A stretch of DNA of 64,000 nt. It comes from an uncultured Pseudomonadales bacterium (lineage in GTDB: Bacteria > Patescibacteriota > Microgenomatia > UBA1400 > PJMF01). Under the pieces are notes generated by a model. It made no database searches. It saw only the letters and a list, made by a program, of their open reading frames with translations, and had not been told where the DNA came from. The DNA lies in assembly GCA_964637295.1 (NCBI GenBank), contig CAZWWE010000001.1, positions 252,312-316,311 of the forward strand, read 5' to 3'. The stretch's first letter is position 1. Each line of letters opens with the position of its first letter. Shown here piece after piece: positions 27,193 to 35,826 of this stretch. A program made the translations under genes and the position numbers.

Positions 27193-30100
27193 AGCAGGTG
27201 GTTACTCCATCATTTAAAAGTGGTGGATAATTGCCTTTATTGGTTTCTGGTACTAAAGTTTCAATAATGGAAAAATTTCTTGGACTAGGATGATAAAAAA
27301 CACCGTTAAAATCTACTTCATAATGCAGATGAGGTCCGGTTGAATTACCCCGATTGCCCATGGGGCCAATCAAAAAGCCTTCTTCAGTGTTCATGCAGGA
27401 TTCTGCCTGTGACAGCTGATCATTTGGCGCCTCAAAATGAGCAAATAATAATTTGCGACTAGTGCCGCTGTCGTCAAACGTCAAAACATAATAACAACCA
27501 TAGCCGCTGTCGCTACAACCCTTAAAGCAAAGTTCACCAGCGTAGGGCACATAAACATTGGGAAATTTGCCGCCGCCGCCGATATCATATGCATCAGCAT
27601 AGCCTTTAGAAAGAGGAGATCGATGAGAAGCATCTGCGTCTGGAGTTCCGACGCCAAAAGGTAATTGAGAAATGCCTCCGGTCGTTGGCCAACAACCGGC
27701 ACCAGCACTGCAGTTGCCAAGACAGACTCTGGCGGCGGTTTTGAGATTGTCTTGACCAGAGATAAAATTATTTTGGTAATAAAAGTTAAGCTCGATGGTG
27801 TTAATGATGGCAGTGTGATTGTAATCTGAGCTTAGGTCGTCGAGGGTATAAGAAAAAGTCAAGTTTTCTCCGGCTGGAATAATAATAAAGTCTGTTTCTG
27901 CGGGACTGGGATTTGCCAGGGGATCATTGACGTTGGCTGGCACATAGCTTGGTTCTTGTGGTATTGAAGAACCAGGATCGTTGAGTGGCTTTTGATCGAG
28001 GGCTTGATTGGCTTTGATAATTTTTTTGAAGTAAGCAAAATCTAGATTTTTTTGTGTTGGTATGGCGGGTATGGGTTTGCCACTTTCTTCCCAACCTTTT
28101 TTGCTTTGTTTAAATTTGATTTGATCTGTAATGTTGTTTATTTGTAGCGAAAAATCTTCTTTGGGCTTAACGGTGACGGTGTATTCGATGGAGAGTGGAA
28201 AACCGGGATTTTCACATTTAGTGCCATTGTTTTCAGGATTGGTACAGCCCTTGACAATTTTGGCAGTTTTTTTCATTTCTGCATATTTGGAAGTTTTTTC
28301 AACAGATTTGTTAATTTCAGATTCATTGAAAGGAAAATCAGTTAAAAAAGCTGAATTGAGACTAGTTTGATAAATCAAAACCAAGGTGGCCGTGGTGCCA
28401 AAAGTAATTAGCACGGCGCGACCAGCAGTTTGCATGGCGGTAGAATAATGTTGGCTGAGCAAGCTTTTGGCGCCATGTGGCAGTTGGGATTCAATTTGTT
28501 GTTGAGCAGAGACGTTGCTGTGTAAAATTCCGCCACTGGCTCCTCCGGCTCCACCTAGCGATTTACCAGCGGCCCCCAACAATCCTCGACTGCCAAATAG
28601 TCCGTTTCTGAGTAAAAAATAACCAGGAGCTAATAGCAAAAGCCAAGGGAGCAAGGCAGAAAGAGCGGCTAAAATTAGTCCTAAAACTATTAGTGGCCAA
28701 TATTTTTTAATTAGCTCAAGAATTTTTTCCAAGCCCATCTCGATCAGCTGCTCTTTAATTTTTTTGATAATGGGCAGCGCTGTTTCAGCGGCGCGCAAGG
28801 CCTCGCCTAAACCACCGGCCGCATCAAGAGCTAAATAAAGTCCCTCACTCAAGGCTTTGCTGGCTAGTTTTTTACCTTTTTGTCCTAAGGCACTGTCGAG
28901 AAAAGCTGTGCCCTGGTAATTCTCTCCGGGTGCAAAAGCTCTTTGCACGTAGCCACTGTCATCTGCCATAAAAGCATCTGCTCCAAATTGTTCAGCCATC
29001 TGTAGCATGTAAAAGTCCATGGGATTGATTTGCGGCGCAATTTGTTTCTGAAATACTTCTAGGCTGTATTCTTGATATGTGACTCCTGGAGCATAATAAT
29101 CAAAAAAAACTTTGAGCGTGTTTTGCTGTTCTGCTTGAGAAAGTTTAGCAATCTCTGTTTCTAAATATTTTTTGATAAGTTCTTGTTGTTGTTCTTGAAA
29201 AGCTAGGAGCTCTCGATTGTTAGGGTCGGCAAGCTTTGCCAGGCCTTCGGTAATTTGTTTGCCTCCGTAGCTTAAATTGAGTGCACCCAAGCGGCGCAAG
29301 GCTGCTAATTTTTTTGGATCTTTTTTGATGGTTTCGAAAAGTTGTTCTGCTTGTTCTGGAGTATATTTTTCTAGGCCCAGTTCTCGACCAACTATATTGA
29401 TATAGATAGCTCTTTTGCGTTTCCAATAAAAAATGATCAAATTGGCCAATTCTTCGCTGTGAGCATCGAAATCTTGTCGATCTAGGCTGTTGCCAAAAAG
29501 ATTGACAAAGCGGCCATAATCGAAATTTTTGGCATCTGGAATTAGAAATTCTGGCGGCAAGCCCTGTTGAATAAAAACTTCAACGAGCGGGCGAACATTT
29601 TCGATCACCAAGCTCATTCTGGCTCGATCTTGAGAGTTGGTGATGCTAATCAATTTTTCGAGGAAGGCTTTTTCTAAATAATTTTCATCTTGAATGATAT
29701 TGAGCTCAGATTCGATAATTTTGGCGAAATTTGAGTTATCTTGCTGAGTTGTTAATAGTTCTTCAGCTTTTTGACTAGTTAAAACATTTTCCTCAGTAGT
29801 GTCATTTTTGGCTCTGGAGCCAAGCTGGTCTGCTGTGAGTGGCTCTTTTTCGTTGGCACGAATTTGCACTTGACCGCCCTGAGCAATATTTCTGACGGCA
29901 GTGTTGAGTAAATTTAAACCATGAACATCCATTAATAAGTTTAAGGCTGTTTGGTTGCTAAAATTAATTCTTTCTGCTGGCTCACTGATTAATTTATCCA
30001 GCGAAAATTGCCCGCTAAGCAACAGGTTTTCTACTTGTGCAAAAGCTCGATCCATTAATTGCTGTCTTATTGCTAATGGAAGCTGGTCAAAAGTAATCAC

Positions 30101-30925
30101 TGTGCCTGGCGGTAAGCCAATTTTTGCCAGCGAAGCCGCGTTGAAATATCTACTTAGAGCTTGATTGATGGTGATAATTGAGAGCGACTGTAAATAGAGC
30201 TTGGCTTGAGGATCGAGCTCAGAGATTTTGAGGGGAGGGGCTTGTTTAGGTGACTCATCAGGAGGCCTTGGCTCTGTTTCTTGACCAGCGGCTTCTGCGC
30301 CTTCTTCATTTTTTGTAGTACTTGGCCAGGCTATTCCAGCCCCAGAGCCTTGCTTTTGTTCCAAATCTTCTTCTACAGAACTTGTTTCTGTCGATTGAAT
30401 CGCTTCAACACTCAAGCTGGGTCGAAGAATTGCATAAATTAATCGAATTCTTTCAATAATTTGCCGTGAAGATTCATAGTCTTCAATTTTTTGTAGCTCT
30501 TCGAGGCTAATTTTTTCTTCTGCTGGAGAAACGCCAATTAAGCTAAAAGTATTTTCCAATCGGTCAAGTTCCACTCTTTGAGCTGAGTTAATAGAAATCT
30601 TATTACTGGTCAAGGAAGTGCGGATTTGTTCAACGAAATTTACTAGGTCCGAGAGAAACAAAAAGGGCTCTTTGCCGTCAACGGGAACAGTGCCGTTCTC
30701 GATATCATTGGCAGTGCTCAAGTCAAATTCGCCACCATAACTAAATCCTTCAATGGCAAAATTTCCCTTAACTTTTTTGTGGCCGGCCGCCTCATTGTAG
30801 AAATCACTAATCCAATCAATGCTTTTTTGAAGCACTTCACTGATTTGATCAGCACTAAGACTATCAACTCCAGCCAATTTTTTCAGCTTAATGCGAGTGT
30901 TTTGATTGATTTTCTCGTCCGCCAT
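27185..30925 (-). CDS. Giant T4SS-associated membrane protein with C-terminal M23 peptidoglycan endopeptidase domain
   Basis: 1246 aa. ~740-aa N-terminal region, then TM YWPLIVLGLILAALSALLPWLLLLAPGYFLL. Gly-rich GLLGAAGKSLGGAGGASGG. C-terminal M23 signature GNRGNSTGPHLHYEV. Confidence 0.6.
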   Translation of the reverse strand: MADEKINQNTRIKLKKLAGVDSLSADQISEVLQKSIDWISDFYNEAAGHKKVKGNFAIEGFSYGGEFDLSTANDIENGTVPVDGKEPFLFLSDLVNFVEQIRTSLTSNKISINSAQRVELDRLENTFSLIGVSPAEEKISLEELQKIEDYESSRQIIERIRLIYAILRPSLSVEAIQSTETSSVEEDLEQKQGSGAGIAWPSTTKNEEGAEAAGQETEPRPPDESPKQAPPLKISELDPQAKLYLQSLSIITINQALSRYFNAASLAKIGLPPGTVITFDQLPLAIRQQLMDRAFAQVENLLLSGQFSLDKLISEPAERINFSNQTALNLLMDVHGLNLLNTAVRNIAQGGQVQIRANEKEPLTADQLGSRAKNDTTEENVLTSQKAEELLTTQQDNSNFAKIIESELNIIQDENYLEKAFLEKLISITNSQDRARMSLVIENVRPLVEVFIQQGLPPEFLIPDAKNFDYGRFVNLFGNSLDRQDFDAHSEELANLIIFYWKRKRAIYINIVGRELGLEKYTPEQAEQLFETIKKDPKKLAALRRLGALNLSYGGKQITEGLAKLADPNNRELLAFQEQQQELIKKYLETEIAKLSQAEQQNTLKVFFDYYAPGVTYQEYSLEVFQKQIAPQINPMDFYMLQMAEQFGADAFMADDSGYVQRAFAPGENYQGTAFLDSALGQKGKKLASKALSEGLYLALDAAGGLGEALRAAETALPIIKKIKEQLIEMGLEKILELIKKYWPLIVLGLILAALSALLPWLLLLAPGYFLLRNGLFGSRGLLGAAGKSLGGAGGASGGILHSNVSAQQQIESQLPHGAKSLLSQHYSTAMQTAGRAVLITFGTTATLVLIYQTSLNSAFLTDFPFNESEINKSVEKTSKYAEMKKTAKIVKGCTNPENNGTKCENPGFPLSIEYTVTVKPKEDFSLQINNITDQIKFKQSKKGWEESGKPIPAIPTQKNLDFAYFKKIIKANQALDQKPLNDPGSSIPQEPSYVPANVNDPLANPSPAETDFIIIPAGENLTFSYTLDDLSSDYNHTAIINTIELNFYYQNNFISGQDNLKTAARVCLGNCSAGAGCWPTTGGISQLPFGVGTPDADASHRSPLSKGYADAYDIGGGGKFPNVYVPYAGELCFKGCSDSGYGCYYVLTFDDSGTSRKLLFAHFEAPNDQLSQAESCMNTEEGFLIGPMGNRGNSTGPHLHYEVDFNGVFYHPSPRNFSIIETLVPETNKGNYPPLLNDGVTTCYE

Positions 30926-31025
30926 TCTATTTTATTATAACTTTTTACTCATGAGCTTGAAAGAGCAGGAAACAATAATTTACATATTAAACTTTTATAT
31001 CAAAATTGGTACAATATTTTAATCT

Positions 31026-33185
31026 ATGATAGAAGATTTTAATGGTGACCAAGAAGCAATTGGTTTGGCAAATGACATTAAAAAAGTCATTGCTGAATTG
31101 TCCCAAAAAATGGCAATTATATTTAGGGAGATTGACAAATCTGAAGACGGTAAAGATAGTTCTGGCAAACAAATTGATAGATCTCATTTGAAAGAAGTTG
31201 ACAAATTATTTGCCAGATTAAATAATCTAATGTCTCAGCTTGGTTTAGCAAATTTATCTGGGTTAGTGGACGAAGAAAAAGTAAGAGAGTATCAAGAAAA
31301 AATTATTAATCTTACTGACTATTATCAAAACTTATCTAAACAAATTGAAGATCTAAACCCTGCTTCTAAAGATCCTAAAACGATGACCATCGAAGAGGTT
31401 ATTCAGATTTTAGAAAGAGTTGTTGACGATGGGTCTGATTATTACAGAGAAGTAAATCAAAGATTCTTAGAATTACCTAAAGGTCCTCCGCTTAAAGAAG
31501 CAAAATATAGATGTAAAAGAGTCTTTCAAGCAATTTTGGCAAAAGGTGATACTGGTGAAAAAGATTTTGGCATCTGGTTTCCAGAAATTACTAACCAATT
31601 GATTAATAAAACCACTAACTTTATAGACATTGGTAGATATTTATTTACCATTCATTCAGAAAAAGATGAAAATTTATCAATTGAAGACGTAGACAGGTTG
31701 CCAATTAACGAAATTGCTTTGGATATGTGGGACTATGCCCTAGCCAGAATTAAGGGTAAGTATGGTGGTTTAGAAACTGATCCCGACAATCCAAACGATC
31801 ATACTAATTTTGATTATGCTCATTTATTTGGAGATAATATTACCGTTTTTCGCGATCATTTGAGGGCTAAATTTTCAAGTATTGATGATGAGCTTTTTGA
31901 GCAACTTTTTAAGTTTCTTCAATCTCATGATATAAAAACCACTGCTTATGTTGCTTGGCTAGCTAGAGAAACCACTCGTTCTCATGGTGCTGGTCCAGCC
32001 AAGTTAAGAGGTGAAAAATTTGAGGATCCTCTTTTTACGGTAGCTCCTTTTGCAGCTGGCATTTACAGCAGAGGTAGATATGGAGACGTAATTCCAAACA
32101 ACAGTTCGCCCGACATGGTTTTGATGCCCAGAGATGTAGCTGTTAATATTATTCCAGATAAAAAACCTGGAAAGCCTAACGAAAGTAAGAGAAAATCAGC
32201 CGCTGCGCTATGGGACATCGTCAATTCTTATTATACGAAGATTATGTGGCGAGGTACTCCTACATGGATAACTGAAGTAAGAAGCTTGTTTGGTATTGGT
32301 AGCAACGAGATAGATTTGTATAAAACTATGTTTCCAATGCCCGGCGAAGTGATAGTGGATACTTACAGAATTGAACTGGAAAGAAGAAAAATGAACGAAC
32401 GTCACGTTAGTGAGATTAGAAGACTAGAAAAGTTGAGAGATGCCGCTCCTACTCTTCCTGAAAAAGAAGCAATAAATAAAAGAATAGAAGAATTCCGCAA
32501 AATAACAATGGTAGCAGAAAAACAGTCATTCATCGATAAGTGGGAGAGATATGGTTATAGTGATAGATTTGATGAGATTGGTATAAGAAAATTGGCACAG
32601 AGCCCGGACGGCAAAGGTTATAATTTATCAGTTAGTCAATATGATGTTTCATTCAGAGCTATGACTGAAATGACAGATTTTTTCCATCAACCTTTTGGAA
32701 AAATGAACTTCGATCAATGTGTAGAAAAATTTAAACACTGGATGGATAAGATCATTGGTAAGGCAAAATTGGTTCCAGGAAGACATTATGTTTTGTTTCC
32801 ATACTTAACCATGTTTGCCATTGATAAAATCATTTCAAGCTATGAGCTTAGAGATAAATCTTATAAAATTAAGAGCTTAATTGAAAGATTGGGGGAGGAA
32901 TTAGAGCAAGCTGGCGGAGTTCCCGAAATAGTGAAAAAAAAGGTTTTTAATTTTATTCGTCAAGACGAAAAAACTTTTGGAGTTTTCCCAACTGCCATTG
33001 CTTCTAAAGAATATAAACAGGATCTTTATAGATTCAAAACAAGAGTGATGAATGGTGATGAAGAAAAAATTAGAAGACTTATTCCTCTTGGTTTGGCAGC
33101 TGTAAGAGAAGATGGTACTCCAATGAAAGTAGTTGTGCCTTGGGATTGGGGTGTTAAAACAGATAAAGACACGGCTGGCAAATAG
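31026..33185 (+). CDS. Hypothetical 719-aa soluble protein with coiled-coil N-terminus, embedded in T4SS locus
   Basis: No TM or signal peptide. Coiled-coil-like N-terminus. No motifs recognised. Confidence 0.35.
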   Translation: MIEDFNGDQEAIGLANDIKKVIAELSQKMAIIFREIDKSEDGKDSSGKQIDRSHLKEVDKLFARLNNLMSQLGLANLSGLVDEEKVREYQEKIINLTDYYQNLSKQIEDLNPASKDPKTMTIEEVIQILERVVDDGSDYYREVNQRFLELPKGPPLKEAKYRCKRVFQAILAKGDTGEKDFGIWFPEITNQLINKTTNFIDIGRYLFTIHSEKDENLSIEDVDRLPINEIALDMWDYALARIKGKYGGLETDPDNPNDHTNFDYAHLFGDNITVFRDHLRAKFSSIDDELFEQLFKFLQSHDIKTTAYVAWLARETTRSHGAGPAKLRGEKFEDPLFTVAPFAAGIYSRGRYGDVIPNNSSPDMVLMPRDVAVNIIPDKKPGKPNESKRKSAAALWDIVNSYYTKIMWRGTPTWITEVRSLFGIGSNEIDLYKTMFPMPGEVIVDTYRIELERRKMNERHVSEIRRLEKLRDAAPTLPEKEAINKRIEEFRKITMVAEKQSFIDKWERYGYSDRFDEIGIRKLAQSPDGKGYNLSVSQYDVSFRAMTEMTDFFHQPFGKMNFDQCVEKFKHWMDKIIGKAKLVPGRHYVLFPYLTMFAIDKIISSYELRDKSYKIKSLIERLGEELEQAGGVPEIVKKKVFNFIRQDEKTFGVFPTAIASKEYKQDLYRFKTRVMNGDEEKIRRLIPLGLAAVREDGTPMKVVVPWDWGVKTDKDTAGK

Positions 33186-33245
33186 TCCTATTGCTTCCTT
33201 GCGGATGAATTTTCTACTGATTAGGTTAACAAAGCTAAATTCCAA

Positions 33246-34910
33246 TTAAACTTGAAAATCAACTTCATCTTCAGTAGTGGCAGTTTCCCTAGCCTTTCTT
33301 TCTTCAGCAGCCCTAATTTTTTCTTTATTATAAGCTTGTGAAACCAGAGCTTTTTCCCAATTATTTGGATCAAATGCTTTTCCTTCAAGTAGCGTATCCA
33401 AGGCTCTAGCTTCTTCATTTCCTTTAGCAATCTGTATGCCCATGTTGGTTTTAACAGATTTGCCAATCGTTGGAATTGCAACATCCAATCCCTGACCTTT
33501 GGATGATCTAACTCCCTCAAACACGCCTTTTCCAAGACCGTATGCTCCTCTAGCAATTGGAGGTGTGTAAACAGTTGCGTTCTTCATATTCTTCAATGCC
33601 GATCCCGCCAATTGTCCAAATACGCCTTCTTCCACACCCATGGCCTTTTTGACTTGTTGCATGATTTCTGGAATGACCAAGAGAATGCCGATGCCTAGAA
33701 TGACGGGAATGATGTTGGCTTGACCTTGACCAACTAAAAATGGAGGCATGAAGCCACCGCCAAAAGCGCCATCCAGCGCGTCACCGGTGCCTTGCAGGCT
33801 TCTAATCGGAGCAGTTAGCATTCTTTGTACCAACACACAGAGTAAAACCACTGGCCACAGCACCAAGTTGCCAGCTAAATTTTTGAGCCATTTGCCGAAA
33901 GTATCTTTACCAGGAAAAGCGCCAAGCATCAAGATAATTGGCGAAAAGATAATTTGGATTAACACGGCCACATAAGTTTTGACCAGTTCAAAAAAAATTT
34001 TGAAAGTGGCAAAAAGAATAGCGATGCCGATAATGACCGTACCTAGTAAACTAGATAGCCAGGCGATTGCTTCTCCAACAAAAGAAATATTAAGCGCATC
34101 TTCCATAAATTGTTCAATGGCATTTTGCGTGGCACTGCCAGTGTCAGTGCCCTTAAACATTAGACCAATTAAGCCAAAAACATTGCGAGTGATAATGTCG
34201 GGCCCTTCGGTAAAATAGCCGGCTAAAACATACATCGCCACGTACATGATATCAATCATCAATCCGGCGATGGCATAGGAAAAAGTAACGGCGAGCATGG
34301 CGATCACCACGTTGGGAATAGCTTGCTGAGCCGTAATGGCAGCTTGACCAACCTTGGTGCGAAACATGATCATGAAACCAATAATCAGAAAAATAACCAC
34401 AAAAAAAAGATAAGCTAAATTGCGAAAAGATTTCCAAGTTTCTAGAATTGGATCAAGGGCGGAAAAACCTAAACCCTGGGCCTGCGCTTCTGGAATAATT
34501 TTGGCAGATTTCATCAAGTCAGCAACATAAGAGCGCGTGCTAGCGGGTGGAGTATACAAAGCTACGATGCCTTGATTTACTGAACCAATTAAACCCCCGC
34601 CCAAGCTTTTTTCAAGAGCAATCTTATCTGCACCAGTTATGCCTGCAAGCTTGGCTACTGTTTCTCCTCCATACACACTGCCATTAATAAAATTAAAACT
34701 ATTAGACCAAGTTGAAGAAACATTTTTTTCTTGAGCGACACCTTCTCCAAGAATTGCGTTGGTATAACTATTTGTAGCTTCTTCTATGCGAAAAATAGAG
34801 GCAATCCAATCAGAAACAAAATTCGCTTTTGCAGGTTTAATTGATATAAAAAAACACGAAAAAATACACAAAATAATTAATGATAAGCGAAAGTCTTTTA
34901 CTTGTGTCAT
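33246..34910 (-). CDS. Polytopic membrane protein, VirB6/TrbL-like
   Basis: Signal peptide plus at least six TMs (LAYLFFVVIFLIIGFMIMF, AIAGLMIDIMYVAMYVLAGYF, VIIGIAILFATFKIFFELV, LIQIIFSPIILMLGAF, LVLWPVVLLCVLV, IIPVILGIGILLVI) and a hydrophilic C-terminal tail. Lies within the T4SS cluster. Confidence 0.4.
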   Translation of the reverse strand: MTQVKDFRLSLIILCIFSCFFISIKPAKANFVSDWIASIFRIEEATNSYTNAILGEGVAQEKNVSSTWSNSFNFINGSVYGGETVAKLAGITGADKIALEKSLGGGLIGSVNQGIVALYTPPASTRSYVADLMKSAKIIPEAQAQGLGFSALDPILETWKSFRNLAYLFFVVIFLIIGFMIMFRTKVGQAAITAQQAIPNVVIAMLAVTFSYAIAGLMIDIMYVAMYVLAGYFTEGPDIITRNVFGLIGLMFKGTDTGSATQNAIEQFMEDALNISFVGEAIAWLSSLLGTVIIGIAILFATFKIFFELVKTYVAVLIQIIFSPIILMLGAFPGKDTFGKWLKNLAGNLVLWPVVLLCVLVQRMLTAPIRSLQGTGDALDGAFGGGFMPPFLVGQGQANIIPVILGIGILLVIPEIMQQVKKAMGVEEGVFGQLAGSALKNMKNATVYTPPIARGAYGLGKGVFEGVRSSKGQGLDVAIPTIGKSVKTNMGIQIAKGNEEARALDTLLEGKAFDPNNWEKALVSQAYNKEKIRAAEERKARETATTEDEVDFQV

Positions 34911-35025
34911 AAGACAAGTATATTTTAGATTAAGTCCATGAAAACTGCAAAACTAATTGTAGTAAAAATTTGTTTTAACTTAATCAGCTTGACAAGTGTT
35001 ACAAAAACATTTAAAACAATCTTAA

Positions 35026-35823
35026 ATGATCAATCAAGAACAAACTGATAAGCTTAAGGACATTTTAGGTTCAAGTCAAGATATTCTGCTGATCATGCCA
35101 AATATTGCTGATCTAGACTTGTTTTTAGCCGCTTACTGTTTTTATAGTTGTCTTGCACCCAAAAAAAGAATTCGCCTTTTGAGTCCAAGTGCTAAGCTCA
35201 GCATCCCGGCTGTTTTGAAAAAATTGCTTGATCAAAAAATTATCGAAACAGAATTGGGTAAAGAAAATTTGCTGATTAGCTTTCCTTATCAAGCAGAGCA
35301 GGTTGACAAGGTTTCTTACTACATTGGCGAAGAACAGCAACGTTTTTATTTAACCATCAAGCCCAAAAAAGGTTTTGCGCCTCTAGATAGTCAACAAGTA
35401 GAATTTTTTTATGCTGGGGCGCAAATTGACCTGATCTTTCTATGGGGAGTAAAAAATCTAGATGATTTGCAACAACTATATCTTGCTTACGAAGATCTTT
35501 ATCAGGGCAAAAATAATTTTGTGGCGACCATCAACCATCATTTTGTGCCAGATTTTGGCAATTTGAATTTGGAAATTGCTCCGGCTAGTTCATATTGTGA
35601 AGCAATTTTGGCCATACTAACTAAAATCGATCCACAAAATGAAAATTTTTTATCGCAAAGCAATTTGCCTAGTTTATTGCTATATGGCATTGAGAGTAAA
35701 ACTAAGGCTTTACAAACCAAAGAAGCTGGAGCAGAAACCTTTGCTAGCGTTGCGAGCTTATTAAAGCTGGGGGCCAAGAGATATTTTAAGCTAGCTGGTT
35801 CAAAAAAGATCAAAGACAGTTAA
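35026..35823 (+). CDS. Hypothetical protein
   Basis: 265-aa ORF with no recognisable motifs. Confidence 0.3.
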   Translation: MINQEQTDKLKDILGSSQDILLIMPNIADLDLFLAAYCFYSCLAPKKRIRLLSPSAKLSIPAVLKKLLDQKIIETELGKENLLISFPYQAEQVDKVSYYIGEEQQRFYLTIKPKKGFAPLDSQQVEFFYAGAQIDLIFLWGVKNLDDLQQLYLAYEDLYQGKNNFVATINHHFVPDFGNLNLEIAPASSYCEAILAILTKIDPQNENFLSQSNLPSLLLYGIESKTKALQTKEAGAETFASVASLLKLGAKRYFKLAGSKKIKDS

Positions 35824-35826
35824 AAA

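Noticed and set aside
31026-33185. Relaxase assignment for the 719-aa protein
   Set aside because: No clean 3-His (HxH) or catalytic Tyr motif arrangement was found by eye. It is kept only as an open question in findings.
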